This document shows, in pieces, positions 27,701-38,000 of a DNA stretch of 64,000 nt. Position numbers and translations under genes: made by a program. Source of the stretch: an uncultured virus (IMG/VR IMGVR_UViG_3300010883_000002) (Duplodnaviria > Heunggongvirae > Uroviricota > Caudoviricetes); the IMG/VR virus record IMGVR_UViG_3300010883_000002. The stretch is one strand, 5' to 3'. The notes beneath the pieces are model-generated. The model saw nothing but the letters and a program-made list of their open reading frames with translations. It made no database searches and had not been told where the DNA came from. The number at the start of each line of letters is the position of its first letter. The stretch's first letter is position 1.

Positions 27701-30700
27701 CAAAAAACAAGGGCTATATACAGGCGTTTTCTACGGAAAGCGGAAAATATTTGTGCGTCTATGATAAGCCAAGTAAAGAATTAATTCCTGAGAAAGATTT
27801 TATATTGGCGAATGCTGGTAATTCACAATCCGATATTTTAACTACAATTCTTATTAAAGTACCCGGTATGGCATGTATGCCTAGTGATAAAATGCTATTG
27901 GTTGCCGAATTAGAGCTTGACAAAATTAAAATTGTTACTCTAGATGGCGGCGAGATTGGGATGAAAGAACCTGTCTCATCGTGGACGGGCAATATTTATA
28001 CCTCTGATGAAGGCGATGGTGTAGCCAAGTTTACTCCTGATGACTTAACGGCAACCATTGCCGTGGCAATCGGAGCCTGTTCTCCCTCAGAGTTAAACGA
28101 TCCTTCGCTCTTTATGTTTAGTGACCAAGTTGGTTCCTCATGGGACAGCCTCAATCCTTTGGTGGATTTTGATTGCTCTTATTCTGTTGTAGCTGACGCA
28201 GAGGGAAATAGCGAAATTGATATTGTAGATGTTGTTACTTTGCGTAATGGGTTTGCTTGGTATGGATTTAGTGCTATTGGTGATCAAGATAATAATACTC
28301 AAGCCTCATATGTTGAAAACATTGTAGCATATTCACTTGGGAAGAAGCTTGTTCCACGAACTTGTTGTCCAGATTTTAATTTAGATTTTGATGTATTTGT
28401 TCCAGACGAATGTTCAGACTTTTGTGTTCCGCTAGATTGTTATGGAAAGATTTGGATTGAGAGAGTAACAAAGCTACAAAACGGCGTCCATGCAATTGAT
28501 GTTTATTATAGTACAAGCTGTGAGAAGAATTCTGGATTTCAGTTTGCAATTCGTGGGCTTAATCCGAAAGAAGGAATTTATAAAATTGATACTTCTGTAT
28601 CTCAAGCTGCGGGTAACAAATATAATCTTGTTCAAGGGTTGTTTTCTGGCGATGGGACTTCTTCAAATAAAATTTATATCGCATATGCTGGAAATGAAGA
28701 AAGTTATGTGCCAGAATCAAAAGGTCTTCTTGTACGATTATTGATTAGTTCAAAAGCCCTGCTTTCAAGTGCGGAGATGCTGCGTATTAAATCCAGCAGG
28801 ATGTTGGCAGAATATCAGGGTTCACGCAATGTAACTTCAAGGGCACGAATAGGCTTCACTTCTGAAAATATGGTTCGTAAACTTTATGGTATGCAGGCAG
28901 TCAAGTGGAGAATATTATCTAATAGTGATACAATAATACCTGCCTCGTCATGGGATTCAAATAATATTCAAGAAGAAGACTTGAATTATATTAAAAAACT
29001 TATTGAAGCTGGCGAGTATGACCCCTTATATGATGCAGAAGGGGATGAAGTTCTGGATGTTGCAGATATTCAAACTGTATATCACGCTATTATGACAGAT
29101 AGTTTTGGAAATGATTTAGATAGTGGTACTCTGCTGCCTTCAAATTGTTGTCCCTGTGTGGTTCCAGAGCAGCCTGATTTAGAAGTCCTACACTATGCGT
29201 CTAAAGACGAAGATGTACCGGAGAAACTTAGCGCACGATGGCGTGAATTATTTGACTGTCGAGGCGGAAGGCTTCGTGGTGGTATAATTTTAGTTTGGGA
29301 TAACCAACCAGATGCAAATTATTATGAAATTTGGAGACAGAGAGTAACAAACGATCCAGAAGCATCAAAGCCGATGATGGTGACTGATACTAATGCCATT
29401 CTTCGTAGTTATCAGAACTTCTTAGAGGTTGCAATAAGTGCTGAAACTCAAAACGACCAGAAATCTTCCATGTACATGGAGGTCGGCTCACCAAAAACTT
29501 ATTCTTATGTAGATTTTCCAGCTACAGCTAAACAGGTTTGTTGTGATCCTTGCGATCCCACAGATTCAAGCGGAAGTGATTCGGGGTCTGATGACGAAGA
29601 TTGTGAGAATGATGTACACAGTATGTACAGATATTGGATTGTCGCATATAATGATTGCGGAGAAGCTTCTTCTAAACCAAAGACAGGTGTTATACCTTGT
29701 TGTTTTTACAACCCAATTGCATATAATGACACTTATTCAACAACTATGAATCAGGGTATAATGGGACAATTTAAAGCATATCACCCATATGCTCACCAAC
29801 AGTTTAATTACCCGTTGGGTGCAGATTCTTGTGAGGGGGAAAGTTCAGATTGTGTTGCGCTTGTTTATAAAGCACCACTTGGTGATTCAAACTTCACAGC
29901 CAAGGGCGGCAAGGTATCGGTTGGATCTGGGGGAGATCGTGAATTCAAATATGGTCCAGCAGAAAATTATATCGGAGTTGATGGATTTAGGTTTATGGTT
30001 TGTGCCATACCAAGCAAACTTAGAACGATTCAAAACAGTTCTTCGCTCAGGGCAAAATATGATATTGATGGAACAACTAAAAGTGACGAAAAAGGCTCTT
30101 ATAATAAAAATCAAAAAGCTCTCAAAAACGCCTCTTTAAATGTTGCGACGAGAATGACCAACCCGCTGGTCCGACTGCCAGCAAGAAACAATAAGCCGTG
30201 TTGTGATATTGGCTTCATCAGAATTAATGTGTTGCCTCCCTGTCCTTTGAAGATCAGTGCGAAGTCTGGGGCGTGTGCAGAGAATGATTATTCTGAAACT
30301 GTTGAGATAGCGTGGTCTGGATACCCGATTGCCTCTATAAGTTCTTATAATGTATACAGGTTAGACCAGACTGGCGAGGACTGGACTCTATTAGAAAATG
30401 TGCCGAACGTTTCTTCTGTCGTTTATTATACATACACAGATACCGAAGTTCCCGCACCCCCACAAGAACCTTGTGAACCGGGTGATAGCTACAATGTAGC
30501 CTATGCCGTAACTTCTGTTACCACAAGCGGCTTGGAATCGCCTAATGGCTGTATAGAAGCGTGTGCGGGCGTTCCTTGTGAAGAGAAGTCTCAAAGCAGG
30601 CTAAGGTGTTGTGTTCTCGCCCGTGTTTTATGCTGCCCAGATATACCAAATCCAGATATTGAGATCACAAACCTTACTTCCTGTCCAGACGAGGAAACAG

Positions 30701-32001
30701 AGGGAAGCAATAAAGTTATATTGTCGTGGACTGATCTGCCAAGCGTGGATGAATATAGTATTTGGAGAAGTGGTCCGTATCAAGTTGGGAATGAGCCAAC
30801 TTCTATAAGCGATTATTCAAATATTGGAATGCAAAGCAACCCTCCTGAAAATGGAAAACACGCCTTTGTTGATTTGGTGATGCCGTGCAAGGGGTGTGAT
30901 ACTGTTAAATATAGCTATGTGGTAATGTCACATATTGATGCTAATCAAAGTACGTTTGGAGAAAATGTTCAAACTGTTTTTGTACAGTGTTGTAACAAGC
31001 CACCCACCGCTTATGACCAAACGTTTACTACAAAATATGACACCAACATTACTAAAAGTTTATTAGCAATTGATGCAGATTCAAATATTGCATCGTATGA
31101 ATTGGTGGACGAGCCTTGGAGCGGCGCAGGAGAGATTATTTCTTTTGACAACGGGTCTGGCTCCTTTACTTTTGATCCTGCGACTTATTTTGTTGGAAAC
31201 ACAACTTTTGTTTGGAAGGTTATTGATGAGTGTGGAGAATATGACGAAGCAACTGTTACAATCATAGTCGAAGATCCAGATATTTGTGACGAGGATGATT
31301 ATGTAATTTGTAATGCGGTTATTCCGTGGTTAACGGACCAACAAGACGTTCCAGAAATCAGAATCAGAATTGAAGAGCTTCCACAAGTTCCATTCCTGTT
31401 AAATACAAAGGGTGTGCCATCGCTAAGGAAGCGTTGTATGTCCTATGCTGTAACATGCGGCATTGATCCAATGATTTTTGGTCGGTCTAAAGATGGGTGC
31501 GTAATGTTCATCGACACAGACACACCGACACGCATTGTTGCAATGTTCTGTGATGAAACAATTCCATTCAGTGCTCAATGTTTGCCGACATTCATTGGAG
31601 TCCCAGAGAGCATTTCTCTTGATTGCGATGACGAAGCTCCATTCTCAGATGGTTGTAAGCCAACTAATGTCGGAATTTCATCTGTGCAACTATTTTGTGA
31701 TTTTGTAATTCCTCTTTCACATGGATGTTTGCCAGTTGGGTTCTCCGTTCCAAATATTACACTTGAATGTGATCCCGCAATTGAATTTATTGACGTTTGC
31801 AAAATTTTAAAACTGGGGATTCCAGAAGAGCCTCTATTTATTTGTGAAGATGGGATCACTTTCACAGATAACGAGTGTGCAACAAACGCTGGAATAACAG
31901 AAGGATTATTTTTCGCTTGTGGACCCGCAATGAATTTCACCGATGAAGGGTGTGAAGAAACAGATTGTGACAGCAGTGATGAAAGTAACGGGGAAGAATA
32001 A
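24748..32001 (+). CDS. Giant Cys-rich protein with FN3-like, cohesin/dockerin-like and Ig/cadherin-like domains; probably structural or surface
   Basis: VVLTW...YEIFRNG...TWTD (FN3-like); IAGAQFEL and SGFQFAI (cohesin-like); SEIDIVDVV and EVLDVADIQ (dockerin-like); PTAYDQTFTT...FTFDP..YFVGNTTF.W (Big_9-like). Confidence 0.75.
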   Translation: MANNVVTVGPDLYPNQGIGVPDSGNYAPQDLAPGWRLGSEEWNVVYFDLAVSVALGGSQPDDWKILLEQILVSEEDCDVEDVEWVPGDRRLIDHPELNNLPVAIRVLICDTMTKADVAVPPPTQDAAGHWYYPAGTVGAGDWYISDELKDILEVVYDWSFSPTDCSYTGDTRYHDLALSFAPSPAGGFIDGEGGQVLYVRGFGLGEYDLPSIADFNAAQIGDCADPNGIQVVLTWTVPDDGPFGPPIEYEIFRNGVSVAIIPSPATTWTDPDPDDGVQNFYTITWIDGNGITSVPATTPAGYIDDCDPNNAPEITEIETGECFTDGRDYFQGGSIGHGLVAIAFSWTPDPNLPLIDGFHLKRSDDNGLTWVIKDTLLYNPNNSPFFYDNALDNEAPDWYLTCDSPKQPQYQVVPYRILFNGNELEGVPSSIEIIEIPCCSCDDYDGSDDIDCPIDECWYDPDKDVTLWFSDYNPDIAESLAEGEPYVSFDINYCLPDNCALGLSTATIKLDLPDGRRIISVDVPEGPSIPNASVEIFDSQTYDPLNPIPLTAGDIIKITATTDPVTNLTSYPPVSSILCTVWIDELIGTNRICFDTKFDELELTWVDANSNTQTYTPETVKLGPCLSQCTGEVNMGYGDFYFEPVAVDNDTFDIKYCLTRDEIDTFIIPVLVGDFTSNIAQIENYGDWYDHGWEVKVINPVPGLSIIVGHGKDPTIKADQGFSTLLRATLNNQLVGDDCICILPFFLKLGDLFKNTFGSLDKLANLSDKSFINMSRQMSGGDQTGTPGTVDDGPNVLSFNNTATTNLVSVYENLIDQEKIDPRFRELYNCIFEALKEAYKEQRIRGPQYLQRVIIVAFLFLLIWKAWLIFADLFEHVKDALDVAQEDIDKACTNEITLPVAIDTTGDGVPDDVPDICCWDDNGETIFAVPIYYESSCSIAGAQFELKIPSSWAQPVELLTELPSGVTGGTVLCPDNDPWFLEGDAKNKGYIQAFSTESGKYLCVYDKPSKELIPEKDFILANAGNSQSDILTTILIKVPGMACMPSDKMLLVAELELDKIKIVTLDGGEIGMKEPVSSWTGNIYTSDEGDGVAKFTPDDLTATIAVAIGACSPSELNDPSLFMFSDQVGSSWDSLNPLVDFDCSYSVVADAEGNSEIDIVDVVTLRNGFAWYGFSAIGDQDNNTQASYVENIVAYSLGKKLVPRTCCPDFNLDFDVFVPDECSDFCVPLDCYGKIWIERVTKLQNGVHAIDVYYSTSCEKNSGFQFAIRGLNPKEGIYKIDTSVSQAAGNKYNLVQGLFSGDGTSSNKIYIAYAGNEESYVPESKGLLVRLLISSKALLSSAEMLRIKSSRMLAEYQGSRNVTSRARIGFTSENMVRKLYGMQAVKWRILSNSDTIIPASSWDSNNIQEEDLNYIKKLIEAGEYDPLYDAEGDEVLDVADIQTVYHAIMTDSFGNDLDSGTLLPSNCCPCVVPEQPDLEVLHYASKDEDVPEKLSARWRELFDCRGGRLRGGIILVWDNQPDANYYEIWRQRVTNDPEASKPMMVTDTNAILRSYQNFLEVAISAETQNDQKSSMYMEVGSPKTYSYVDFPATAKQVCCDPCDPTDSSGSDSGSDDEDCENDVHSMYRYWIVAYNDCGEASSKPKTGVIPCCFYNPIAYNDTYSTTMNQGIMGQFKAYHPYAHQQFNYPLGADSCEGESSDCVALVYKAPLGDSNFTAKGGKVSVGSGGDREFKYGPAENYIGVDGFRFMVCAIPSKLRTIQNSSSLRAKYDIDGTTKSDEKGSYNKNQKALKNASLNVATRMTNPLVRLPARNNKPCCDIGFIRINVLPPCPLKISAKSGACAENDYSETVEIAWSGYPIASISSYNVYRLDQTGEDWTLLENVPNVSSVVYYTYTDTEVPAPPQEPCEPGDSYNVAYAVTSVTTSGLESPNGCIEACAGVPCEEKSQSRLRCCVLARVLCCPDIPNPDIEITNLTSCPDEETEGSNKVILSWTDLPSVDEYSIWRSGPYQVGNEPTSISDYSNIGMQSNPPENGKHAFVDLVMPCKGCDTVKYSYVVMSHIDANQSTFGENVQTVFVQCCNKPPTAYDQTFTTKYDTNITKSLLAIDADSNIASYELVDEPWSGAGEIISFDNGSGSFTFDPATYFVGNTTFVWKVIDECGEYDEATVTIIVEDPDICDEDDYVICNAVIPWLTDQQDVPEIRIRIEELPQVPFLLNTKGVPSLRKRCMSYAVTCGIDPMIFGRSKDGCVMFIDTDTPTRIVAMFCDETIPFSAQCLPTFIGVPESISLDCDDEAPFSDGCKPTNVGISSVQLFCDFVIPLSHGCLPVGFSVPNITLECDPAIEFIDVCKILKLGIPEEPLFICEDGITFTDNECATNAGITEGLFFACGPAMNFTDEGCEETDCDSSDESNGEE
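31540..31960 (+). repeat. About six copies of a ~24-aa two-cysteine protein repeat
   Basis: CDETIPFSAQC, CDDEAPFSDGC, CDFVIPLSHGC, CDPAIEFIDVC, CEDGITFTDNEC, CGPAMNFTDEGC. Confidence 0.75.
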
Positions 32002-32092
32002 ATGATACTTAACGATTCTATTTCGCTTTGTAAAAATAGCATTTATATCCTGCAACGACTATTTATAGATAGATTAAAACGCTGGTCCCGGC

Positions 32093-35000
32093 TTGGCTGG
32101 AATTTGTTCAAAAAGAGGGAAACGAAAACTTATGTATATTGAAGGATTAGTTGAAGATTTAAACGGGCTACAAGGCGACTTAGACAATTCACTTCCCTCT
32201 TTACACCCATGCCAAAGAGAAATTGTTAGGGCTGTTCTAGAGATTTTAAAATATTCTTTCGGAAAAGTCTCGGAAACAAACTTTGGTTGTTGTCAAGATA
32301 TTTGTTTAGCGACTACATGTTGGGATCTTCCAGAGGGTTATGATACGGCGAAGCTTCAAGATGACGTAGCGTTTATTATCTCTCTTTCAAATATTGGGTT
32401 CACTAAAGGTGGAGCCAAGCCAAGCGGAAATTTAGCAGAGTGGTGGGACAGCAATGACCAGCAACTAACAAAAGGAATTCTAGATTGCATTTCTGATGCC
32501 GTTTTGGGTCTTTTGGGTAGCGAAGGATTAGATATTCTTGATGAAACTGATCCTGCGGCAGCAAAAACGGCTCAAGCACTGCTTGCCGCTGTTCTCTTTT
32601 TAGTATTTGGCGACCCTGTTATAATTCTTCATAATTCACAAGGATTACTCTCAGACGATAATCTTGAAGTGCTTCTAAATGATGCAATTAAAAATCTAGC
32701 TGAGTCTCTTGGTGGTACACCAGTTGCATACCAAGAACTGTTGATGGATTTGGATCTTTATAATGACGACCCGACAGACCTTTCTGCTACAAATTTTACA
32801 CCCGAAAGATTTCGTGATGTTATAAGATGGTTATTGCAAGATTTTCAGTATTCAATAAATCAAGTTCATGATCTTAAATTAGAAGAAGAAGGTGATGGCA
32901 GCGGCGAAGACCCATGCCCAGATAATCAATTCGGAATCAGGTTCCCAAGTTGGCCTGGTTTTTTGTGGATGCTTGCAAACGTTACAGTTGGTGTTTTTGG
33001 TGGAGCGGCTTGGGGTATTTTAGTTAAGAAGCGTTGGTCAGAAGAGCAGTCACAGTCAGAAACTAATGAATGTGGCGGTGGAGCTTTCCCTCCAATTGGA
33101 ATAAATGATATAAACCATCCTGCTTGGATGGATAATTTTTCTGCACCATCTCACCCATTCGCAGATCAAGCCTTTAGGGTTAGTGAAATACACGCCCATC
33201 ACATTACGGGAAGTCCCACTGCCCTAGAATCTTTAACAATACAATTTAATCAACCTGTTCATTATAATGCGCCGAATACTGTTGTAGAATATTCTTACGA
33301 TAATGGTGCAACATGGAATGGGGCGATTGTGACGAACGCCTACAATTTACCAACAGATTTCTTCAATGTCACTCTTTCAGACGCCAACGGCAACCCGATT
33401 GCTCAAGGTCCGAATGGATGGCACTTAAGAATTAATATCTTTGGTGCAACAAGTGCTGATGGAACTGAAATGATTCCTTGGACAGACACATGGACTTCTG
33501 TTGGTGTAGGGCGAGAAGATTACTTTATCGGCTTATCTGGTGATGAAGGCATGAGGGTGGCACACCCCTACAATGATGAACTTTCAGAGTGGTTGTTGGG
33601 AACATGTAGATGTTCAGAAAAGACTTTTAATTTAGGAATCGACCAATTTACTGGTCTTGATGACCCTGATTGGATTGCTCAAGGTAACGACCCCGAAGGT
33701 GAACTAACTACATCTTATTTTGTGGTTGAATATGATAATCAAATATATTATACAACAGTCGGTGATTTTGTCTTAGGACAAGACGGGCATGTTTATTGGA
33801 ATGGCGAGGACGCATACACCGGACTGGGACTTGAAATCAGACTCCAAGGATTCAATGACGGAAATCCGTCCAATTGTGAAGACGAGCTTAGCGGCACACT
33901 TGAGGCTATTCAACTGACGGATCTTTGTTGTGAGTTGGAAATTGATGAGTGTGGAAAGATTTATTGTTGCAAGGATAACAAACCATGTTTGCAAGGACAA
34001 ATTGCATTGGCATGTTTTATTGGTGATCTCGATTGCGGATTAGACTTGCATTGCGGAGTCCTTTTTGAAGACCTTTGTATTCCAAATGAAAACAGTGGTG
34101 AAGCCAACATTGGCACTCCATGCGCTCAATGCCATCCCGCTTTGAATCCTCATGAGGTAATCGAAGGTGAAACCTATTCAAATGTTATGCTCCTTACTGA
34201 GTATTTTATTGGCGCATATGAACAATACTTTGGCGACGATTTTAAAGTTATTTTTGCTGCAATCGGAGCAACCGGATTATTAAATAAAAAGACTGCTGAC
34301 TTCTGTGGGTTCTTACACCCCGATGCAATGTGTACTCCATTCTTAGAGAAGTTTGTTTGTCAAATTATTATGTCTCAGTGTGAGACTGAATGTATTGAAG
34401 TCGAGGCACACGGCAAGATAGACGACCAGCCTCACCCACGATGGGTTGACAAACACGCAGCACTGGTTGTTGCTGGCGAACTAGCGTCCTTTAGCAATCC
34501 ATTCCAAGCTGTCTTTGATGGAGTTATTTATTCTGGCAATGGACCTCCAAGCATAAATTTCATTCAACAGAATCCCGAAAACGAGATGGCTGCGTTTACT
34601 GTAAACGGAGATCATCTTGTTGCGGCAATTAATAATACTGGTGGTCCACCAACCCCAAACTCAATAATTTTAAACATTAATGAAAGACCTATCGGGGCTA
34701 CACTTCCAACCATTAATGGCGAAGAAGTTTATTATATGTTCTACGATGCTCAGCTTGGAAGAGCATTTACAGTTTCCGATCAGCAACACGCTTCGCCAAA
34801 CGATATATCTTCACAACCATTCTTCCCACTTACAAATGTTGTGAACATTTCAGGGAGTTCGTTCAACGGTTTGATGTTTAGTCCATTTTTGCCAGATTAT
34901 TATTATGCACTCCAGCCGATTTCTTTCACAGGCGGCGGCGGCGGGATTGTCGAACTTAACCGTATCTTGCTCAGAGCAGATGGCGAAAACGTAAGACGAG

Positions 35001-38000
35001 GGTTCCAGATTTATAATGATGGCGAGCAACGCTGTTTAGTATGGAATCCCGACTTTGGTGATCCCAACAATTGCCAAGACTGTGCGGGACTTCCAAATCC
35101 CGGCGATACAGCCACTATTTTGTATGTATTAGATGCTGATTCTGCACCCTCTTCCCTTCCAGACGATGAATGTGGACAAGACGCTAATAATAGTAGCCCC
35201 TTTCTTGGTTCAGAACCCTGTGCAAATCAAAAGATTTGTGTAGGTGATGCTTGTTGTATCTGGATTAAAGAAGATGGTACTGTTATGGCTGACGGCACCA
35301 AAGTTGGTACAGTAGGAATCGTTACAGACTATGGTTCTGCATTCGATGACAGCACCACTCCCGCTGGGATGAAAATTGGTGGTCATCCGAACTGGGAAAA
35401 TCATAATAATTTTCCATGTCTTTGGGCATCCCTAAATTATGGAAATGGTACTCAAGCCGGACCAGTCTATTGGGATGTTTATGACTTTTTAATTAAAGAA
35501 CCAAAAGATACAGACGTTATTTTACATCATGATCCCGATGGACAGCCGTTTCTTGATTGTCAAGAGCCTAACGCTCTTAGAAATTGGTTTGCTGGACCCG
35601 ATGGGTGGCAGTTACCACTAGCTATTTTTGATGCAGACCCCGACAATCCAACAGGTCATAACTGTTGCCCAAAAACTTTTACTATTTGTGATTGCACATA
35701 TCCCATCCCTGAATGGTTGAATGAGTGGTTTGACAAATATTGTTGTTATCTATATCTAAAACTACCTTATGATCCTTGTAATCCAAACGACTGTATGAGA
35801 TATACAAGAGAAGAGCAGATTATGCTCGTTACTGCGTTGTGGGATCTAGTTGAAGCCTTCTTAAACAGTACGCCATTCGGGATTGCATTTGGTTTTAAAG
35901 ATTGGCCAAATTCAATGACAAGATATTTAAATGTTATTCCATTCGGCAAGCAATTAATTCCGAATCTCAACGACACCTTTGGTGGTTGGGAAGTCGGATG
36001 TGTTCCAGAACCAATCGAGCTTGTGCTTCCATGTACAGGAGAAGTGTGCGTTGATTGTTGTGAGTGGATGTGCGAGTGTTGTGATCCATGTGCCGACGAA
36101 GAAGAGGGTTCAGGTTCAGGCTCAGGCGAAGAGCCTTGCGGTGATAACAATAATTGTGATTGCTGTGATTGTGCAGTTGGCGTTTGGAAACAACCTGTCA
36201 GCGGCGGCGATTGCGGTGATGGCGACTGTGCCGGGTATCCTCTTGGGGCTGTTGTACACTATCCAGACGAGGATAGCGACTGTTATGTTTCTCTCATTGG
36301 GTGTGAGCCTAATGGTGGAAACTATGAGCCTATTTTCATAACGGTAAGTGGTGAGCAAGTCTTGAACGCTGAGGCTTGGGAACCTTGCCCATCGACATAC
36401 CCAGAATGTCCAGCTAATATCGAACTCGATGCCGGATGTTGTTGTGTCTTTGGCGAAGGAAGCACAGAGTTGGTAGGAGATATTTATTATCTTACAACGG
36501 GCTGTAGTAGTGAAATCGTGGACGGCGAGCAATATATTGATGGGCAGTGCCTTGAGATTTGTACTGATGCCGAAGCTCCTTGTCCAAATGACTGGAGATA
36601 TAAGATTTGTCACGAATATGAGGATATGGATGGCAACGGACAACAACAGCAACAAAACCGAATGGCGATGGATGTTATTGGTCCAATTACGAGAGACACA
36701 GCGACAGGATTAATGGACGTTAATGACTTCCTTTCTTTGGAGTCTCTGATGGAACTCAACAATGCGTTCATAACGGGTATGCAAAGCCAGCAGAGAGATG
36801 CACTGTATGCGCTGAACGATTTTTCATACGGACCAATAGATAGAAAACTAGATAGCGGATTAAAAGCTTCTACGATTAATGCAATGAGAAGAGTTGCTGG
36901 AGATATGCATCTCCGTGAGCAACTTGTCAAAGCTGGACTTGAAGGAAACAGATCGGCTAACATGCATGTGGACCCAGAAGAAATTTGTGTATATGTAAAT
37001 GCGGGTGAGCAGCAGAAGAAGCCAGACTCTTGTATTAGTGTTTGTCTGCCAACCTCTGCCCCTAGCTTTGGAACTACGACAGAGTGGGAAGTTACGCTAC
37101 AATTCCTTAACAAGCAAGGCGAGTGGGAAGACTGTGGCACTGACTTGGTTTGCCTATGTTGTGTGAACATCTGTGACGAAGTAGACTTTGAAGTTTCATT
37201 AAACGGACCTCAAGGTGAAGCTCTTGTTGAAAAGTGTTGCGTAATCGGCGCAGCAGGACAGATGGGACTCAGCGGAGCGTGGGCTACAAGCCAGTCAGCG
37301 GCGGTTAATTGGAACTTGATAGTCAAAGATGATAACGGGATGCTCTGTCTTGTTAATAAACTCCCAGCAGACTCAAACCCCCCAACGTTCCTGAATGGAG
37401 CAATGAAGGTTACTTTAGAGCCAAGCACCCTTGGAAATTCTAAGCTTATGTGGAACAACACCAATGACCTTGGTGGTGCTTATAATAATGGCGACAAATA
37501 TGCACTACAGGGATTCGACTTAGATCCTATTACTGGTCTGGTTGTTGGCGGCTTAAAGGCACTTGAAGTTAATCTATTGGAGACAGGTGGAACAGATTTT
37601 GTAGATGATTGTGGAGAATTTAGGCGACTAACTTTTGATCAGCAGGGATTCCCGACTGGTGACGTGCCATACCAACAAGTAGCTTTTTGGGATACTCTAG
37701 GAAATACGCCGCTGTGCGGAACAGTAAATGGTATAACCACCAACTATATGTACGCTGATATTTGCGTCCCTCAAGGGGGTAGTGCAACTGGAGATTCAAG
37801 CATTTGTGCCAGCGTCGGCAACGTCTTTGAGATGCTAGTTCCAGAGTATAATGAATGCCCAGAGAACGAAGAAGGTAATGGTAAATGTCTTACTATCTCC
37901 GGTCCCATAGACCGTGACCTATTGCCGCTGTGTGCTGAATACCGATGGAGCGTTAATGATAGCCTTTATTATGGATACTCATGGGAAGCTCTTGAATTTG

